Of a stretch of DNA of 64,000 bases, positions 20,664-33,409 are shown piece after piece. The stretch's first letter is position 1; each line of letters opens with the position of its first letter. This DNA is from Rickettsia typhi (GTDB lineage: Bacteria > Pseudomonadota > Alphaproteobacteria > Rickettsiales > UBA1997), in NCBI GenBank assembly GCA_945901265.1, contig CAMDJZ010000001.1, positions 20,458 to 84,457 of the forward strand, given 5' to 3'. The position numbers and the translations under genes are program-made. Below the pieces are notes generated by a model, which made no database searches, was not told the origin of the DNA, and saw only the letters and a program-made list of their open reading frames with translations.

Positions 20664-21246
20664 TTTTTAAACAATTATTTTTATTAACTTTAACGGACAA
20701 AACGTAAACTTCTAGATTTAGATCATAATTGGCAATTTTTAATAGTTTTTTTATTTTTTCATCAGCCTCAATATATTTTCCTAAAAATTTTGTGCGAATA
20801 ATCGCACCCATTTTTAAATCAGTCATATTTTGCGCAATTAAATTAAGGATCAAGTCCCCATTATCCTGAAATGCATTAACTTGTAAGCCGTTACTCATAT
20901 CTAAAATTTTATTTTTATTATCATAAAATTTATAAATAATATCTACTTCATCACCGCATTTTATAAAATTATTACCTGTACCTATCAAAACTTTTTCAAA
21001 TCGCAATTCACTAAAACTTCTTTCTTGGGAAATTTCTTGATTATTTTGCTTAGCAATCTCAATTTTTTTAGAAATTTCATTCACCTTCTCTTGCGCTTCA
21101 TTAAAATTTTTTTTGATATTGTTAGTTGATAATCGATTTCCCAGAGAATCTGGATGATCAATATTATAAAACATGCCAAAATAAATTATCGCACCAATCC
21201 CAATAATTTTTACAAAAGGATTTTTGGAAAAAAAATGTAAATTCAT
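20656..21246 (-). CDS. Hypothetical membrane-anchored protein with possible degenerate FKBP-like C-terminal domain
   Basis: N-terminal TM helix (IIGIGAIIYFGMF), coiled-coil linker, then VLIGTGNNFIKCGDEVDIIYKFYD...LKMGAIIRTKF, which loosely resembles FKBP PPIase motifs. Confidence 0.45.
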   Translation of the reverse strand: MNLHFFSKNPFVKIIGIGAIIYFGMFYNIDHPDSLGNRLSTNNIKKNFNEAQEKVNEISKKIEIAKQNNQEISQERSFSELRFEKVLIGTGNNFIKCGDEVDIIYKFYDNKNKILDMSNGLQVNAFQDNGDLILNLIAQNMTDLKMGAIIRTKFLGKYIEADEKIKKLLKIANYDLNLEVYVLSVKVNKNNCLKND

Positions 21247-21251
21247 AATTT

Positions 21252-21851
21252 TTAAATTTTAATTGATCCTTGGCGTATAATTGATAATTGCGAATCTTCA
21301 ACTTTAACTACCGTGGAAGCAGAAGATTCGAGAATATCTCCAGCAATAATTAAATCCAGTTGAGGAAAATTTTTTTGTATTTCCAAGGGTGAATTTAAGA
21401 CTTCATCTCCACTAAAATTGGCACTGGTAACCGCTAAAACTCCGTCAAATTCAGAAAATAATTTCTTAACAAAAAAACTATCCACCACTCTGAAACCTAA
21501 AAAATTTTGATCATTTTTATTAAGATTTTTTGCCAAATTAATTTCAATTTTATCTTTTAATTTTGCTACAATTGTAAGTTTTCCTGGCAAAAATTTTTCG
21601 ATTAATTTAGCGGTAATTTTTTCAACAATAAAAAGTTTTTTTATTTGTGTGATATTTTTTAAAAAAATTGCAATTGGTTTATTTTTATCACGATTTTTTA
21701 AACGATATAAATTTTCTAGAGCTTCTTGATTGCTCGCATCAACTGCAAAACCATAAACCGTATCAGTTGGAATTGCAATAACTTTAGAATTCTGTAAATA
21801 TTCAATAGCTTTTGAAACCGCTTCTATGTGAGTTTGCGCTATAATTAACAT
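21252..21851 (-). CDS. tsaC: L-threonylcarbamoyladenylate synthase (YrdC/Sua5/TsaC family)
   Basis: VIAIPTDTVYGFAVDASN, KNRDKNKPIAIFL and TSANFSG motifs of the YrdC domain. Confidence 0.8.
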   Translation of the reverse strand: MLIIAQTHIEAVSKAIEYLQNSKVIAIPTDTVYGFAVDASNQEALENLYRLKNRDKNKPIAIFLKNITQIKKLFIVEKITAKLIEKFLPGKLTIVAKLKDKIEINLAKNLNKNDQNFLGFRVVDSFFVKKLFSEFDGVLAVTSANFSGDEVLNSPLEIQKNFPQLDLIIAGDILESSASTVVKVEDSQLSIIRQGSIKI

Positions 21852-21872
21852 GTTTCCAAATAATTAATCATT

Positions 21873-22505
21873 TTAATTAAAAAAAAATTTAATAGGTGCA
21901 AATGTTTTGCGATGAATTGGCAAAACGCCAAATTCTTTAATTTTTTCAAGATGCATTTTGGTACCGTAACCAGCATGTTTGTCAAAACCATATTGCGGAT
22001 ATTGATGATGAAAATCAAGCATAATTTCATCTCTACTTTCTTTGGCAATAATTGATGCACAAGCAATTGATAGGCTTTTTTGATCACCCTTTATTACCGC
22101 TAAGGACTCAACAATTTGCGCGGTAAATAAATCACTCTTAACAAAAGGCGTGAAGTTTCCATCAACTATCACGACTTGTGGTGAAAAATTATATTTTCTT
22201 ACGAAATCATCATAAGATCTTAGCATGGCTAGTTTGGTTGCTTGTAAAATATTAATTTCATCAATTACTTTTTCATCTACAATTCCTATTCCATAACGTA
22301 CTTTTTCCTTAATTTTTATAAAAATTTCTTGGCGTTGTTTTTTGGTTAATTTTTTTGAATCATTGATCCCCGATATCCAATTATCTTGATTTAGCAATGC
22401 GCAACTTGCAACTACAGGTCCAGCCAATGGACCTCTTCCAGCTTCATCCACTCCAGCAACAGTATAATTCGCAAAATTTTGCTCGATTAAAAAACTTGGT
22501 TGCAT
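21873..22505 (-). CDS. rnhB: Ribonuclease HII
   Basis: AGVDEAGRGPLAGPVV, INDSKKLT, ASIIAK and GYG motifs. Confidence 0.93.
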   Translation of the reverse strand: MQPSFLIEQNFANYTVAGVDEAGRGPLAGPVVASCALLNQDNWISGINDSKKLTKKQRQEIFIKIKEKVRYGIGIVDEKVIDEINILQATKLAMLRSYDDFVRKYNFSPQVVIVDGNFTPFVKSDLFTAQIVESLAVIKGDQKSLSIACASIIAKESRDEIMLDFHHQYPQYGFDKHAGYGTKMHLEKIKEFGVLPIHRKTFAPIKFFFN

Positions 22506-22710
22506 TATAAAAACAAATAATAAAAAATTTCAAAAACTTGATTGTTTTTTATTTAAAGAAATTTAAAAATAAAGAACAAGAAAATAAAAAAACCTGTAAA
22601 GGTTTAAAGAAATTTTAATTAATAATTTCCATAATTTAAATATTATTTAAGTAAATTATTTTATTCTTTTACATTTTATAAGATTCCCTAACTTTAATTA
22701 ATAATTAACA

Positions 22711-23553
22711 ATGTCAAGATTTATGAAAAAATCAAACCCAGCCCTTCCCTTTATCGTTATCGCCTCAAGCATTGCGCTTATTTCACTTTTAGTATATTTT
22801 TTAACAAAAAAATCTAATGGTAATGATGATAAAAAAGAAAATCCTGCCGAAATTATTAATGCTAGCGGCTTAGATAAGGACAAAAAAGTTAATAATGTTG
22901 AAGGCGTTGAAGAGGTTGTTGCGAAATGGATTGAAGCTAATCCTCAAGCAATTATTAATTCAGTTTCTAATATGCAAAAAAAGGCCATGGAAGAGCAAAT
23001 GAAAAACGCTCAGAAAAATATCGGCGAAAAGAAAGATGAATTATTTTCTGATAAAAAATCTCCACAATTTGCGCCATCTGGTTATGATATTACGATTGTT
23101 GAATTTTACGATTACGCTTGCGGATACTGTAAAAAAGCTCAATCTAGCGTTGAAGAACTACTTAAAGAAGACAAAAAAGTTCGTATCATTTTTCGTGATT
23201 TCCCAATACTTGGACAACCTTCAAAAGAAATGGCCGAAATTTCTGTTGCGGTTAACTTAATTGAACCATCTTCATTTAAAAAATTCCATGATGCTTTGAT
23301 GACTTCAAATGAAAGGGGCAAAGATGGTGCACTCAAAATCGCTAAAAATACCGGCATAAATATGTCGAAACTTGAATCAGTCTTATCAAAAGATCGCTCT
23401 AAAATTGAAAAAATATTAGAGGATAATTTAGCGCTTGGCTCTGCAATTGGAATTAATGGAACGCCAGGATTTGTAATTGGTGAAGAACTAATTCCAGGAG
23501 CTTTGGATCTTAAAGCTTTAAAGGAAAAAATCTCAGCTGTTAGAAAAAAATAA
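22711..23553 (+). CDS. DsbA-family thiol:disulfide oxidoreductase (Com1-like), membrane-anchored/secreted
   Basis: N-terminal hydrophobic anchor, thioredoxin-fold active site FYDYACGYCKK (CxxC), and GINGTPGFVIG cis-Pro loop region. Confidence 0.8.
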   Translation: MSRFMKKSNPALPFIVIASSIALISLLVYFLTKKSNGNDDKKENPAEIINASGLDKDKKVNNVEGVEEVVAKWIEANPQAIINSVSNMQKKAMEEQMKNAQKNIGEKKDELFSDKKSPQFAPSGYDITIVEFYDYACGYCKKAQSSVEELLKEDKKVRIIFRDFPILGQPSKEMAEISVAVNLIEPSSFKKFHDALMTSNERGKDGALKIAKNTGINMSKLESVLSKDRSKIEKILEDNLALGSAIGINGTPGFVIGEELIPGALDLKALKEKISAVRKK

Positions 23554-23560
23554 TTTTATT

Positions 23561-23627
23561 TTTATCACCACTAAAAATAATTTTTATAAAATAACTTCCA
23601 ATAAATTCACCAATGTTTATCACCACT
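23561..23627. repeat. 12-nt direct repeat tttatcaccact, two copies 55 nt apart, upstream of the Pif1-like helicase gene
   Basis: Identical 12-mers at 23561-23572 and 23616-23627. The C-rich core is unusual in this AT-rich spacer. Confidence 0.6.
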
Positions 23628-23640
23628 TTTAAATAAAAAA

Positions 23641-24930
23641 ATGAAGCAAGCGCATAACGAAGATTTCCAAAAATTATCCCCTAAACAACAGCAAGCAATT
23701 GAGCTGTTTAATCAAGGTCAAAACTTGTTTATTTCTGGGGGAGCAGGAAGTGGAAAATCACATCTTCTGCAATTTTTTAAACGCTATTTTTCACAATTAG
23801 GAATGGAAATTACTGCCAGTACTGGAGTTTCAGCGATTAATGTTGGTGGATCAACGATACATTCATTTTCTGGAATTGGGCTTGGTAATTTACCATTGGA
23901 GCAATCAATAGAAAATATTATGCTTGCTAAGATGAGTAGAGTTCGTCGTAAAATTCGTCAAACCAATATTTTGGCAATTGATGAAATTTCGATGATTTCT
24001 TCATCTACGCTAGATTTAATTGATCAAGTTTTTCGTGAAGTTAGAGAAAATAACAAGCCCATGGGTGGAATGCAGATTATTTTCTTTGGTGATTTTTTAC
24101 AATTACCACCGATTAGTCGTTATAATGAAAATTTTGATTTTTGCTTTAATTCATCAACCTTCAAAGAACTTGATTTGCAAGTAATTATTCTCGATAAAAT
24201 TTTTCGCCAAGATGACGCAAATTTTATTAAAATTTTGCAAGATTTACGTTTCGGAAAAATCTCTCCTGAAAGTAGAATCGCTCTCGAATCAAGGCTTAAT
24301 GCTGATGATGATAACACTTTAATTCGTCCAACAATTCTCACCACTCACAATGCTAAAGTTGAAAAAATAAATCATGATTTTTTAAAAAAAATTCCCCAAG
24401 AAGAAATAGTTCATCATGCAAAGTTTGATGGTAATGCTTTTAAAATTGAGTTTTTTAAAAAAAATTGTTTGGCGAGCGAAACCTTGCGGCTCAGGGTTGG
24501 TGCACAGGTAATGATGATTAAAAATACTTATCAAAAAGAAGGTATTATCAATGGTTCACTTGGCATTGTTAAAGGTTTTTCTTCTAAAAAAAATTACCCA
24601 ATTGTACAATTTACTAATTTTCGTGAATTAACTATTAGTCCTGAGGAATGGCTATTAGAAAGGTTTGATAATGATACAAAAACCGTAATTGCCGAAGCAA
24701 AAATGACGCAGATTCCTTTAATTCTTGCTTGGGCAATGACTATTCATAAATCGCAAGGCTTAACATTGGATAAAATTTCCTGTGATTTAAAAGATAGCTT
24801 TAGCCATGGGCAAGCATATGTAGCATTATCTCGTGCGCGATCTTTATCAGGAATCAACATTGAATCAATTGATTTTAATAAAATATCTGCCGATCCTCAA
24901 GCTGTAGAATTTTATTCTAAATATTGTTAG
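23641..24930 (+). CDS. Pif1/RecD-like superfamily 1 DNA helicase
   Basis: Walker A GGAGSGKSHLL, LAIDEISMISS (motif II), IIFFGDFLQLPPI, TIHKSQGLTLDKI and YVALSRARS motifs typical of Pif1/AAA_30 helicases. Confidence 0.85.
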   Translation: MKQAHNEDFQKLSPKQQQAIELFNQGQNLFISGGAGSGKSHLLQFFKRYFSQLGMEITASTGVSAINVGGSTIHSFSGIGLGNLPLEQSIENIMLAKMSRVRRKIRQTNILAIDEISMISSSTLDLIDQVFREVRENNKPMGGMQIIFFGDFLQLPPISRYNENFDFCFNSSTFKELDLQVIILDKIFRQDDANFIKILQDLRFGKISPESRIALESRLNADDDNTLIRPTILTTHNAKVEKINHDFLKKIPQEEIVHHAKFDGNAFKIEFFKKNCLASETLRLRVGAQVMMIKNTYQKEGIINGSLGIVKGFSSKKNYPIVQFTNFRELTISPEEWLLERFDNDTKTVIAEAKMTQIPLILAWAMTIHKSQGLTLDKISCDLKDSFSHGQAYVALSRARSLSGINIESIDFNKISADPQAVEFYSKYC

Positions 24931-25004
24931 TTTTTAATTTTTTATATTTAAAATATTACTAATTGTTAGATATAATTAAAAATTATTAATTAATAATATA
25001 AATT

Positions 25005-25994
25005 ATGGTCAAAAATTTTTTACGTAATCATCTTGGTAATGTAAATTCTCTCCTAGTGATTATTACTTTTGCATTGGCAATAGCAATTCCATTTGAATTA
25101 TTTTTATTCGCTTATGCATTTATTGGACCGATCCATTATCTTAGTGAAATAGCATGGCTTGATAAAAAAAACTATTTTATTAACTCTAAAATCCAACGCA
25201 ATTTTTTTGTTTTTTTAGCATTTTTTGTAGCGATTTTATTTTTAATTAAATTTTTTTCTGATAATTTTGTTAGAATTTATTTTAGTAAATTTTATATTGA
25301 TAAATTTATCACATCCTTCATTTTTATAACCTTTTCAATCGCTGGAATATTGGCTCTTTGCCAAGACTCGTCAAAAAAATTTATTATTTTATTAACTTCG
25401 GTAATTTTATTAACTTTAATTTTACGAGGAATTTTTTTGTATGAAATTTTTTTTAGTATTTTACTTACCTCAATTATTCACGTTTGGTTATTTACGGCGA
25501 TTTTCATGATCAACGGGACAATTTCCTCTAGATCAAAATATGAATTAATCACTTTAATAATTTTTTTATTTTGTAGTTTGGCAATTTTTTTTATTGATAA
25601 TAATAATTATAAAATTTCGCAATTCGCATATAACGGGTTGAGCATAGGAAATATAACCGGAATTAACACTTTGCTTAGCGATATATTTTCATACAAACAA
25701 CGCAATAGTTTTAATGCCAATAATAATGTTCAGAGTTTTGTTACCTTTGCTTACACTTATCATTATCTTAACTGGTTTTCAAAAGCGAAAATTATCAAAT
25801 GGCATAAATTATCAAGACCAAAGATTTTGGCGCTTACAAGCTTTTATTTACTGGTTTTGGGATTTTATTTTATCGATTATCATGTAGGATTTTTAATCAC
25901 AATTTTTTTAAGTATGGCTCATATTTTTTTAGAATTTCCTCTTAACTTCCTGTCATTTCGCCAATTAAAATACCACATTCTGCCTAGGAAATAA
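25005..25994 (+). CDS. Hypothetical polytopic inner-membrane protein
   Basis: 329-aa ORF with about 8-9 hydrophobic helices. No motif I can assign. Confidence 0.5.
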   Translation: MVKNFLRNHLGNVNSLLVIITFALAIAIPFELFLFAYAFIGPIHYLSEIAWLDKKNYFINSKIQRNFFVFLAFFVAILFLIKFFSDNFVRIYFSKFYIDKFITSFIFITFSIAGILALCQDSSKKFIILLTSVILLTLILRGIFLYEIFFSILLTSIIHVWLFTAIFMINGTISSRSKYELITLIIFLFCSLAIFFIDNNNYKISQFAYNGLSIGNITGINTLLSDIFSYKQRNSFNANNNVQSFVTFAYTYHYLNWFSKAKIIKWHKLSRPKILALTSFYLLVLGFYFIDYHVGFLITIFLSMAHIFLEFPLNFLSFRQLKYHILPRK

Positions 25995-26154
25995 TGACTA
26001 TATTGATTATTTAATTTGTTTAACAATTTAGCCTTTAATTTAAAATATTACTCGCTACTATATGCCAATATTAACTTTCAACTTATCAACATTTATAGTT
26101 AACTTAATTTGAAGATAATTATAAATAAAGTTGTTATTTACAAATATTTTTTTG

Positions 26155-27342
26155 ATGAAAAATCGTTATTTTTTTGAAGCCATTTCCAAATTAAAAGAGG
26201 AGAATCGTTATCGCCAATTTGTCAATATTTCACGCAGTTGTGGAAATTTCCCTTATGCAATAAACAATAGCAATAACAAGCAGATTATAATTTGGTGTTC
26301 AAATGATTATTTGGGAATGGGGCAAAATAAACAGGCAATATCTGAAGCTAAAAATGCTTTGGATCTTTACGGCCTTGGCTCTGGTGGAACCCGCAATATC
26401 TCTGGAAATTCACAAATTTTAATTGAATTAGAGCACATAATCGCCAATCTACATGACAAGGAAAATGCTTGCATTTTTGCTTCGGGATATGTTTCTAATG
26501 ATGCCTCTATTCAAGCATTAGCAAAAATTCTTCCCGACTTAATAATTTTTTCTGACGCTAAAAATCATGCTTCAATTATTTCTGGAATCAATAATAGCAA
26601 AGCTAAAAAGCATATTTTTAAACATAATGACGTCGAAGATTTAGAAAATTTATTAAAACAATATCCCCTCGAATCAAATAAAATTATCATCTTTGAATCA
26701 GTATATTCAATGGATGGTGATTTTGGAAAAATTGCTGAAATAATTAATTTAGCAAAAAAATATCAGTCACTAACTTATATCGATGAAGTTCACGCCGTTG
26801 GGCTTTACGGTTCTCGTGGTGGTGGATTAAGTCAACAACTTAATTTAGCCAAAGACATTGATTTAATAGAAGGAACTTTTGCCAAAGGCTTTGGAGCAAT
26901 CGGTGGATATATCGCTGGAGATATGGTGGTAATTGATGCTATTCGCAGTTTTGCCTCAGGTTTTATTTTTACAACTTCATTACCACCTGCAATTGCCAGC
27001 GCAATTATTAGCAATGTTAAGCATCTTGAAAAAAGTAATGTTGAGCGCGAAAATTTACATCGCAATGTTAAAAAATTAAAATCATTATTAAAAGCCAATA
27101 ACATCAATTTTGTCGATAATCAATCACAAATTATTTCGATTAGAATTGGTGATGCTTTGCGTGCGCAACAAATCTCAAAAAAACTTCTTGAAGATTTTAA
27201 TATTTATGTTCAACATATCAACTACCCTACGGTAGCAAAGGGTGATGAAAGATTAAGGATTACTGCCAGCGCATTACATACCGATAAAATGATTGATGAT
27301 TTAGCCATCGCTTTGGTGAAGGTTTTGCAAAAAGTGCTCTAA
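26155..27342 (+). CDS. hemA: 5-aminolevulinate synthase
   Basis: EENRYRQF N-terminus, [31 protein letters not shown] and TFAKGFG (PLP lysine) motifs of alpha-oxoamine synthases of the ALAS type. Start set at the internal ATG at 26155. Confidence 0.92.
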   Translation: MKNRYFFEAISKLKEENRYRQFVNISRSCGNFPYAINNSNNKQIIIWCSNDYLGMGQNKQAISEAKNALDLYGLGSGGTRNISGNSQILIELEHIIANLHDKENACIFASGYVSNDASIQALAKILPDLIIFSDAKNHASIISGINNSKAKKHIFKHNDVEDLENLLKQYPLESNKIIIFESVYSMDGDFGKIAEIINLAKKYQSLTYIDEVHAVGLYGSRGGGLSQQLNLAKDIDLIEGTFAKGFGAIGGYIAGDMVVIDAIRSFASGFIFTTSLPPAIASAIISNVKHLEKSNVERENLHRNVKKLKSLLKANNINFVDNQSQIISIRIGDALRAQQISKKLLEDFNIYVQHINYPTVAKGDERLRITASALHTDKMIDDLAIALVKVLQKVL

Positions 27343-27816
27343 AATCAAACTAGAGGCAATATCATCAAGAAATTTTTTTTGCTTACCGTTTTTTGAATTA
27401 TGGCTATTGATGCTTCGAGCTGTAAAGCTTGAATATCTTTCATCAAATAATAAAATATCTATTTCATTTTTAATAGTTGAGTTTTCAAAATTATCATGCA
27501 AAAATTGCTCTAGATTTTGAGCAAAACGTTTTACAAATTCAGCCATGGCGCTATTGCTATCATCTTTGTTTATGGGCAATCCAATTACTATGGCAATAGT
27601 ATTTGTTTCTTGCAAAATTTGTAAAATAAGCGCAAAATCTTTTTGATTGCTTTGGCGATTAATAATTTTTTTTGGAGTTGAAATTGTTTGTGAATCATCG
27701 CAAATTGCCACCCCGATTCTTTTAGTTCCAACATCTAAGGCGATAATTCGTCCAAGGTTAGGAGATTTTTTACTTATTATTTTTGTTTTAAAATTTTTAA
27801 ATTCTGTGATTGACAT
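27301..27816 (-). CDS. ruvX: Putative pre-16S rRNA nuclease / Holliday-junction-resolvase-like YqgF (RuvX)
   Basis: [17 protein letters not shown] and IVIGLPIN motifs and DERYSSFTA. Start placed at the ATG at 27816, which abuts the gatC start. The longer ORF to 27894 would overlap gatC. Confidence 0.8.
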   Translation of the reverse strand: MSITEFKNFKTKIISKKSPNLGRIIALDVGTKRIGVAICDDSQTISTPKKIINRQSNQKDFALILQILQETNTIAIVIGLPINKDDSNSAMAEFVKRFAQNLEQFLHDNFENSTIKNEIDILLFDERYSSFTARSINSHNSKNGKQKKFLDDIASSLILEHFLQNLHQSDG

Positions 27817-28107
27817 ATGGCTAAAATTACCCCTAAAGATATTGAAAAAGTTGCTCGTTTGGCAATGATTGAAATCGATCAACAAAAACAACAAGATTTA
27901 TGCACCCAGATCAGTAATGTTCTTGATTGGGTTGAAAAACTTAATGAAATCGATACATCAAATGTCATTCCACTTACAACAGTTTGTGACCATAGTTTAA
28001 CTTTGCATAATGATATAGTCAATGATGGTAACATTGCTGAGGATATTTTAAAAAATGCTAACGATCCTAAATATGGCTATTTTAGCGTACCTAAAGTTAT
28101 TGAATAG
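27817..28107 (+). CDS. gatC: Asp/Glu-tRNA amidotransferase subunit C
   Basis: 96 aa with VEKVARLAMIEIDQQ..., ILDWVEKLNEIDTSNV and YFSVPKVIE, typical of GatC. Confidence 0.88.
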   Translation: MAKITPKDIEKVARLAMIEIDQQKQQDLCTQISNVLDWVEKLNEIDTSNVIPLTTVCDHSLTLHNDIVNDGNIAEDILKNANDPKYGYFSVPKVIE

Positions 28108-28239
28108 TAAAATTTTAATTAAAATAGCTTTAATTTCTAGGATCTTAAGCAACTTCTTGTCAATAATAATTTAAAATTAAAAACCAAATTTAATAACAAA
28201 ATTGGCATAAATATTTTCTAACATAAACCAACGATTATT

Positions 28240-28920
28240 GTGCAACTTAATTTTTCTTTTATAACTCAAAATCAAGAAAAATTCACAGAGAAAAATTTTA
28301 TTTTAACTCCTGAAAATTCATCAGCTTATAAATTTTTAGAAAAATTTTTTAATCAAGATGATTTTGATAGAACTCAGTTCCCAATAATGATTGTCAAGGG
28401 TGAAGAGAATTGTGGTAAAACTCATTTATTAAATATTTTTGCCAAGAAATATGATATTGAATTTATCAATAAAGAAATTTTAAACGATAGTAATCCACTT
28501 AATATTTTTGCAAATAATAAGTTTTTTATTGTCGATGATTACTCACAAATTATTGAGGAAGAAAGAATTTTATCATTGATAAATAGCGCTATTGAAGCGC
28601 GTGTTTTTTTACTGCTTGCCGATGATAATCAACGTAAATTTAATCTTAAGGATTTAAACTCCAGATTAAAAAATATCTTTGCCACTGAAATAAAAAATCC
28701 CAGTATTGAAACCATGAAATTACTCGTTTCTTATCAGCTTAGTCAGCAACAAATCAAGCTATCTGGCGATATTATTGACGATATCATTTCTAATTCAACA
28801 AGGAGTTATATTGCAATTGAATCAATCATTAAAAAAATTAATTTTTTTTATATTGAAAATGGAGAAAAAATATCAAAAAGCAATATTTCTAAAATTTTTA
28901 ATAATAACAGTAAATCTTGA
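28240..28920 (+). CDS. hdaA: DnaA-related regulatory protein HdaA-like (AAA+)
   Basis: About 226 aa, P-loop-like GEENCGKTHLLNIF and Walker B-like FFIVDDY. Size and layout as in alphaproteobacterial HdaA. GTG start. Confidence 0.6.
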   Translation: MQLNFSFITQNQEKFTEKNFILTPENSSAYKFLEKFFNQDDFDRTQFPIMIVKGEENCGKTHLLNIFAKKYDIEFINKEILNDSNPLNIFANNKFFIVDDYSQIIEEERILSLINSAIEARVFLLLADDNQRKFNLKDLNSRLKNIFATEIKNPSIETMKLLVSYQLSQQQIKLSGDIIDDIISNSTRSYIAIESIIKKINFFYIENGEKISKSNISKIFNNNSKS

Positions 28921-29760
28921 TTAATAATCAATAATTGTTACAAAATTAAGATTGGCAATATCCTCAACCATCGAAACTAAAATAATATTATTTTCTATTT
29001 TTTTAATACGCCCGATAAATAGTCCAGAAGGCAGTGTATCTCCATCACCCGACGTATAAACCATGTCGCCAACTTCAATTTCCTTGCCCTTAGAGGAATA
29101 AATAATTTCCATTAAATTGCTATTATTACCAACTAAAATTCCGCGAACTCTAGCGTTGGAAATCATTACTGGAATACGTGAAGTTGAATCATTAATTAAA
29201 ATTAACCGCGATCTTGTTTTTTCAACATGCTCAATTCTGCCAACAACGCCGATTTCACCAACCACCATATTTCCTTCCCTAATTCCACGACTAGTTCCAG
29301 CATCAATGATAACATTATTGTTAAATAACTGATGCGACCAACCAATTACTTGAGCAACGCGATAGTTAGTTGATTTATCTTTTACAAAATTTAATGCTTG
29401 TTTTAAATCTTTATTTTCTTGATGAATGTTTAATATTGAAATGTAATGGGAGCGCATTTTCTGCAACTCTTCTTTTAATATAATATTTTCTTTTTTAGCT
29501 TGAACTAGATCGCTAAAATCAGTTAGTATCCCGATTGTTGAATTAAATGGAAATGAAATTGTATTGACAATTGGTGTAGAAATACCAATAAAAACAAAGG
29601 AGACTTCTTTGACAAAATCTACGCTTGTTTTTGAAGCAATGATGCATATTATGCATAAAAAACTAAGTAATAAAACTTCAATTTTTTTAATAACTAAATT
29701 GAAGCTTTGCTGAATACTCAGATTAGATTTTTTATAACCAAAATTTAAATATTGCTTCAT
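28921..29760 (-). CDS. mreC: Rod shape-determining protein MreC
   Basis: N-terminal TM, coiled coil (ENIILKEELQKMR) and beta-barrel repeats with GIREGNMVV..GVVGRI and TSGDGDTLPSGLFIGRI. Located directly downstream of mreB. Confidence 0.85.
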   Translation of the reverse strand: MKQYLNFGYKKSNLSIQQSFNLVIKKIEVLLLSFLCIICIIASKTSVDFVKEVSFVFIGISTPIVNTISFPFNSTIGILTDFSDLVQAKKENIILKEELQKMRSHYISILNIHQENKDLKQALNFVKDKSTNYRVAQVIGWSHQLFNNNVIIDAGTSRGIREGNMVVGEIGVVGRIEHVEKTRSRLILINDSTSRIPVMISNARVRGILVGNNSNLMEIIYSSKGKEIEVGDMVYTSGDGDTLPSGLFIGRIKKIENNIILVSMVEDIANLNFVTIIDY

Positions 29761-29788
29761 GGCTTGATTTTGTTAAAATATCTATTGA

Positions 29789-32364
<2,576 letters not shown>

Positions 32365-32449
32365 TTATTAAAAAAATCTTTCACTAATTTTAAAATTTTA
32401 GTTGCAAAAATTTGTAACTAGTAACAATTTTAAAAGCTTACTCACCTAA

Positions 32450-33409
32450 ATGCAATTTAAAATTTTACTAATGTTAACAAATAATAATCTAATAGAAGTT
32501 GTTTCGCTTGGTTCAGCCTGCACTAGTATCGAGATCAATGCGATTAAAGATTTTTTAAACAAAAATAACTTGCGCGCGAATATTTTTCTTGAGGATAATA
32601 CAACAATAAAAAACAAAAGTAATCATGAATTCGCAACCATTAATCCGAAATATCGTTTTCAACAATTTCAAAGCGCTTGGGAAAATTCCTACTCCAAAAT
32701 AATTTGGTGTAGTCGAGGTGGATATGGAAGCGCAGAAATTTTAGAATTTTTAACCTCAATGCCTAAGCCAAAAATCCCTAAGATGTTTATTGGTTTTAGC
32801 GATATCGCTTCAATAAGCATTTTTTTAAATCAACAATTTCAAATACCAACGCTATGTGCGCCGATGCTTGTTCAATGTGCGATGGATATGGTCTCTCCTC
32901 ATTCTATTCAAACAATTCTTGATGTGATTTCTGGTAAAAAAAATAACTTTGATTATGAATTAATTAATCTTAAAAATTATAATTTTAATGAGATTGTCGG
33001 GGAAATTGTCGGGGGATGTGTTAGCGTTATTGCTGGAAATTTTGCTACCAGAAATCAAATAGATTGGCATCAAAAAATTTTATTTTTAGAAGATGAAGGT
33101 GAAGATGGTGAAAGGCTTGATCGCTATTTCCAGCAAATTACCAGTATCATCAAAGAATCACATCGCAAACCTCTTGCGATTATTCTTGGAAACTTTATTC
33201 AGGGCAATAATCATGGCTCGCCAAAAGCTGATAATATTAAAATTGCCATTGATAAATTTGTTGAAAAAACCGTTGATATTCCGCTTTTCCAAGAAAAATC
33301 ACTATGCCTTGGACATTCTTCTGAGATGATGCCAATAGCAATTGGTGTAAAAGCAATAATAAACAATAATAATAAACTACAGCAGTCAATAGCTAATATT
33401 TTAAACTAA
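32450..33409 (+). CDS. LD-carboxypeptidase (peptidase S66, LdcA-like)
   Basis: IWCSRGGYGS, GFSDIAS (nucleophile Ser), LFLEDEGE and LGHS motifs. The true start may be the ATG at 32471. Confidence 0.78.
   Translation: MQFKILLMLTNNNLIEVVSLGSACTSIEINAIKDFLNKNNLRANIFLEDNTTIKNKSNHEFATINPKYRFQQFQSAWENSYSKIIWCSRGGYGSAEILEFLTSMPKPKIPKMFIGFSDIASISIFLNQQFQIPTLCAPMLVQCAMDMVSPHSIQTILDVISGKKNNFDYELINLKNYNFNEIVGEIVGGCVSVIAGNFATRNQIDWHQKILFLEDEGEDGERLDRYFQQITSIIKESHRKPLAIILGNFIQGNNHGSPKADNIKIAIDKFVEKTVDIPLFQEKSLCLGHSSEMMPIAIGVKAIINNNNKLQQSIANILN

Noticed and set aside
21845-22087. 80-aa minus-strand ORF overlapping rnhB
   Set aside because: It overlaps the 3' part of the rnhB coding region in another frame and its start overlaps tsaC. 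There are no motifs.
22590-22605. Small hairpin aaacct-gtaa-aggttt with flanking A-run/T-run as a terminator
   Set aside because: The stem is only 6 bp. The T-run follows it only on the minus strand, where no upstream gene would need terminating because dsbA is on the plus strand.
23561-23627. Interpretation of the repeated ttatcacca core as DnaA boxes
   Set aside because: It differs from TTATCCACA at two central positions. There is no dnaA/dnaN context or AT-rich unwinding-element arrangement that would suggest an origin.
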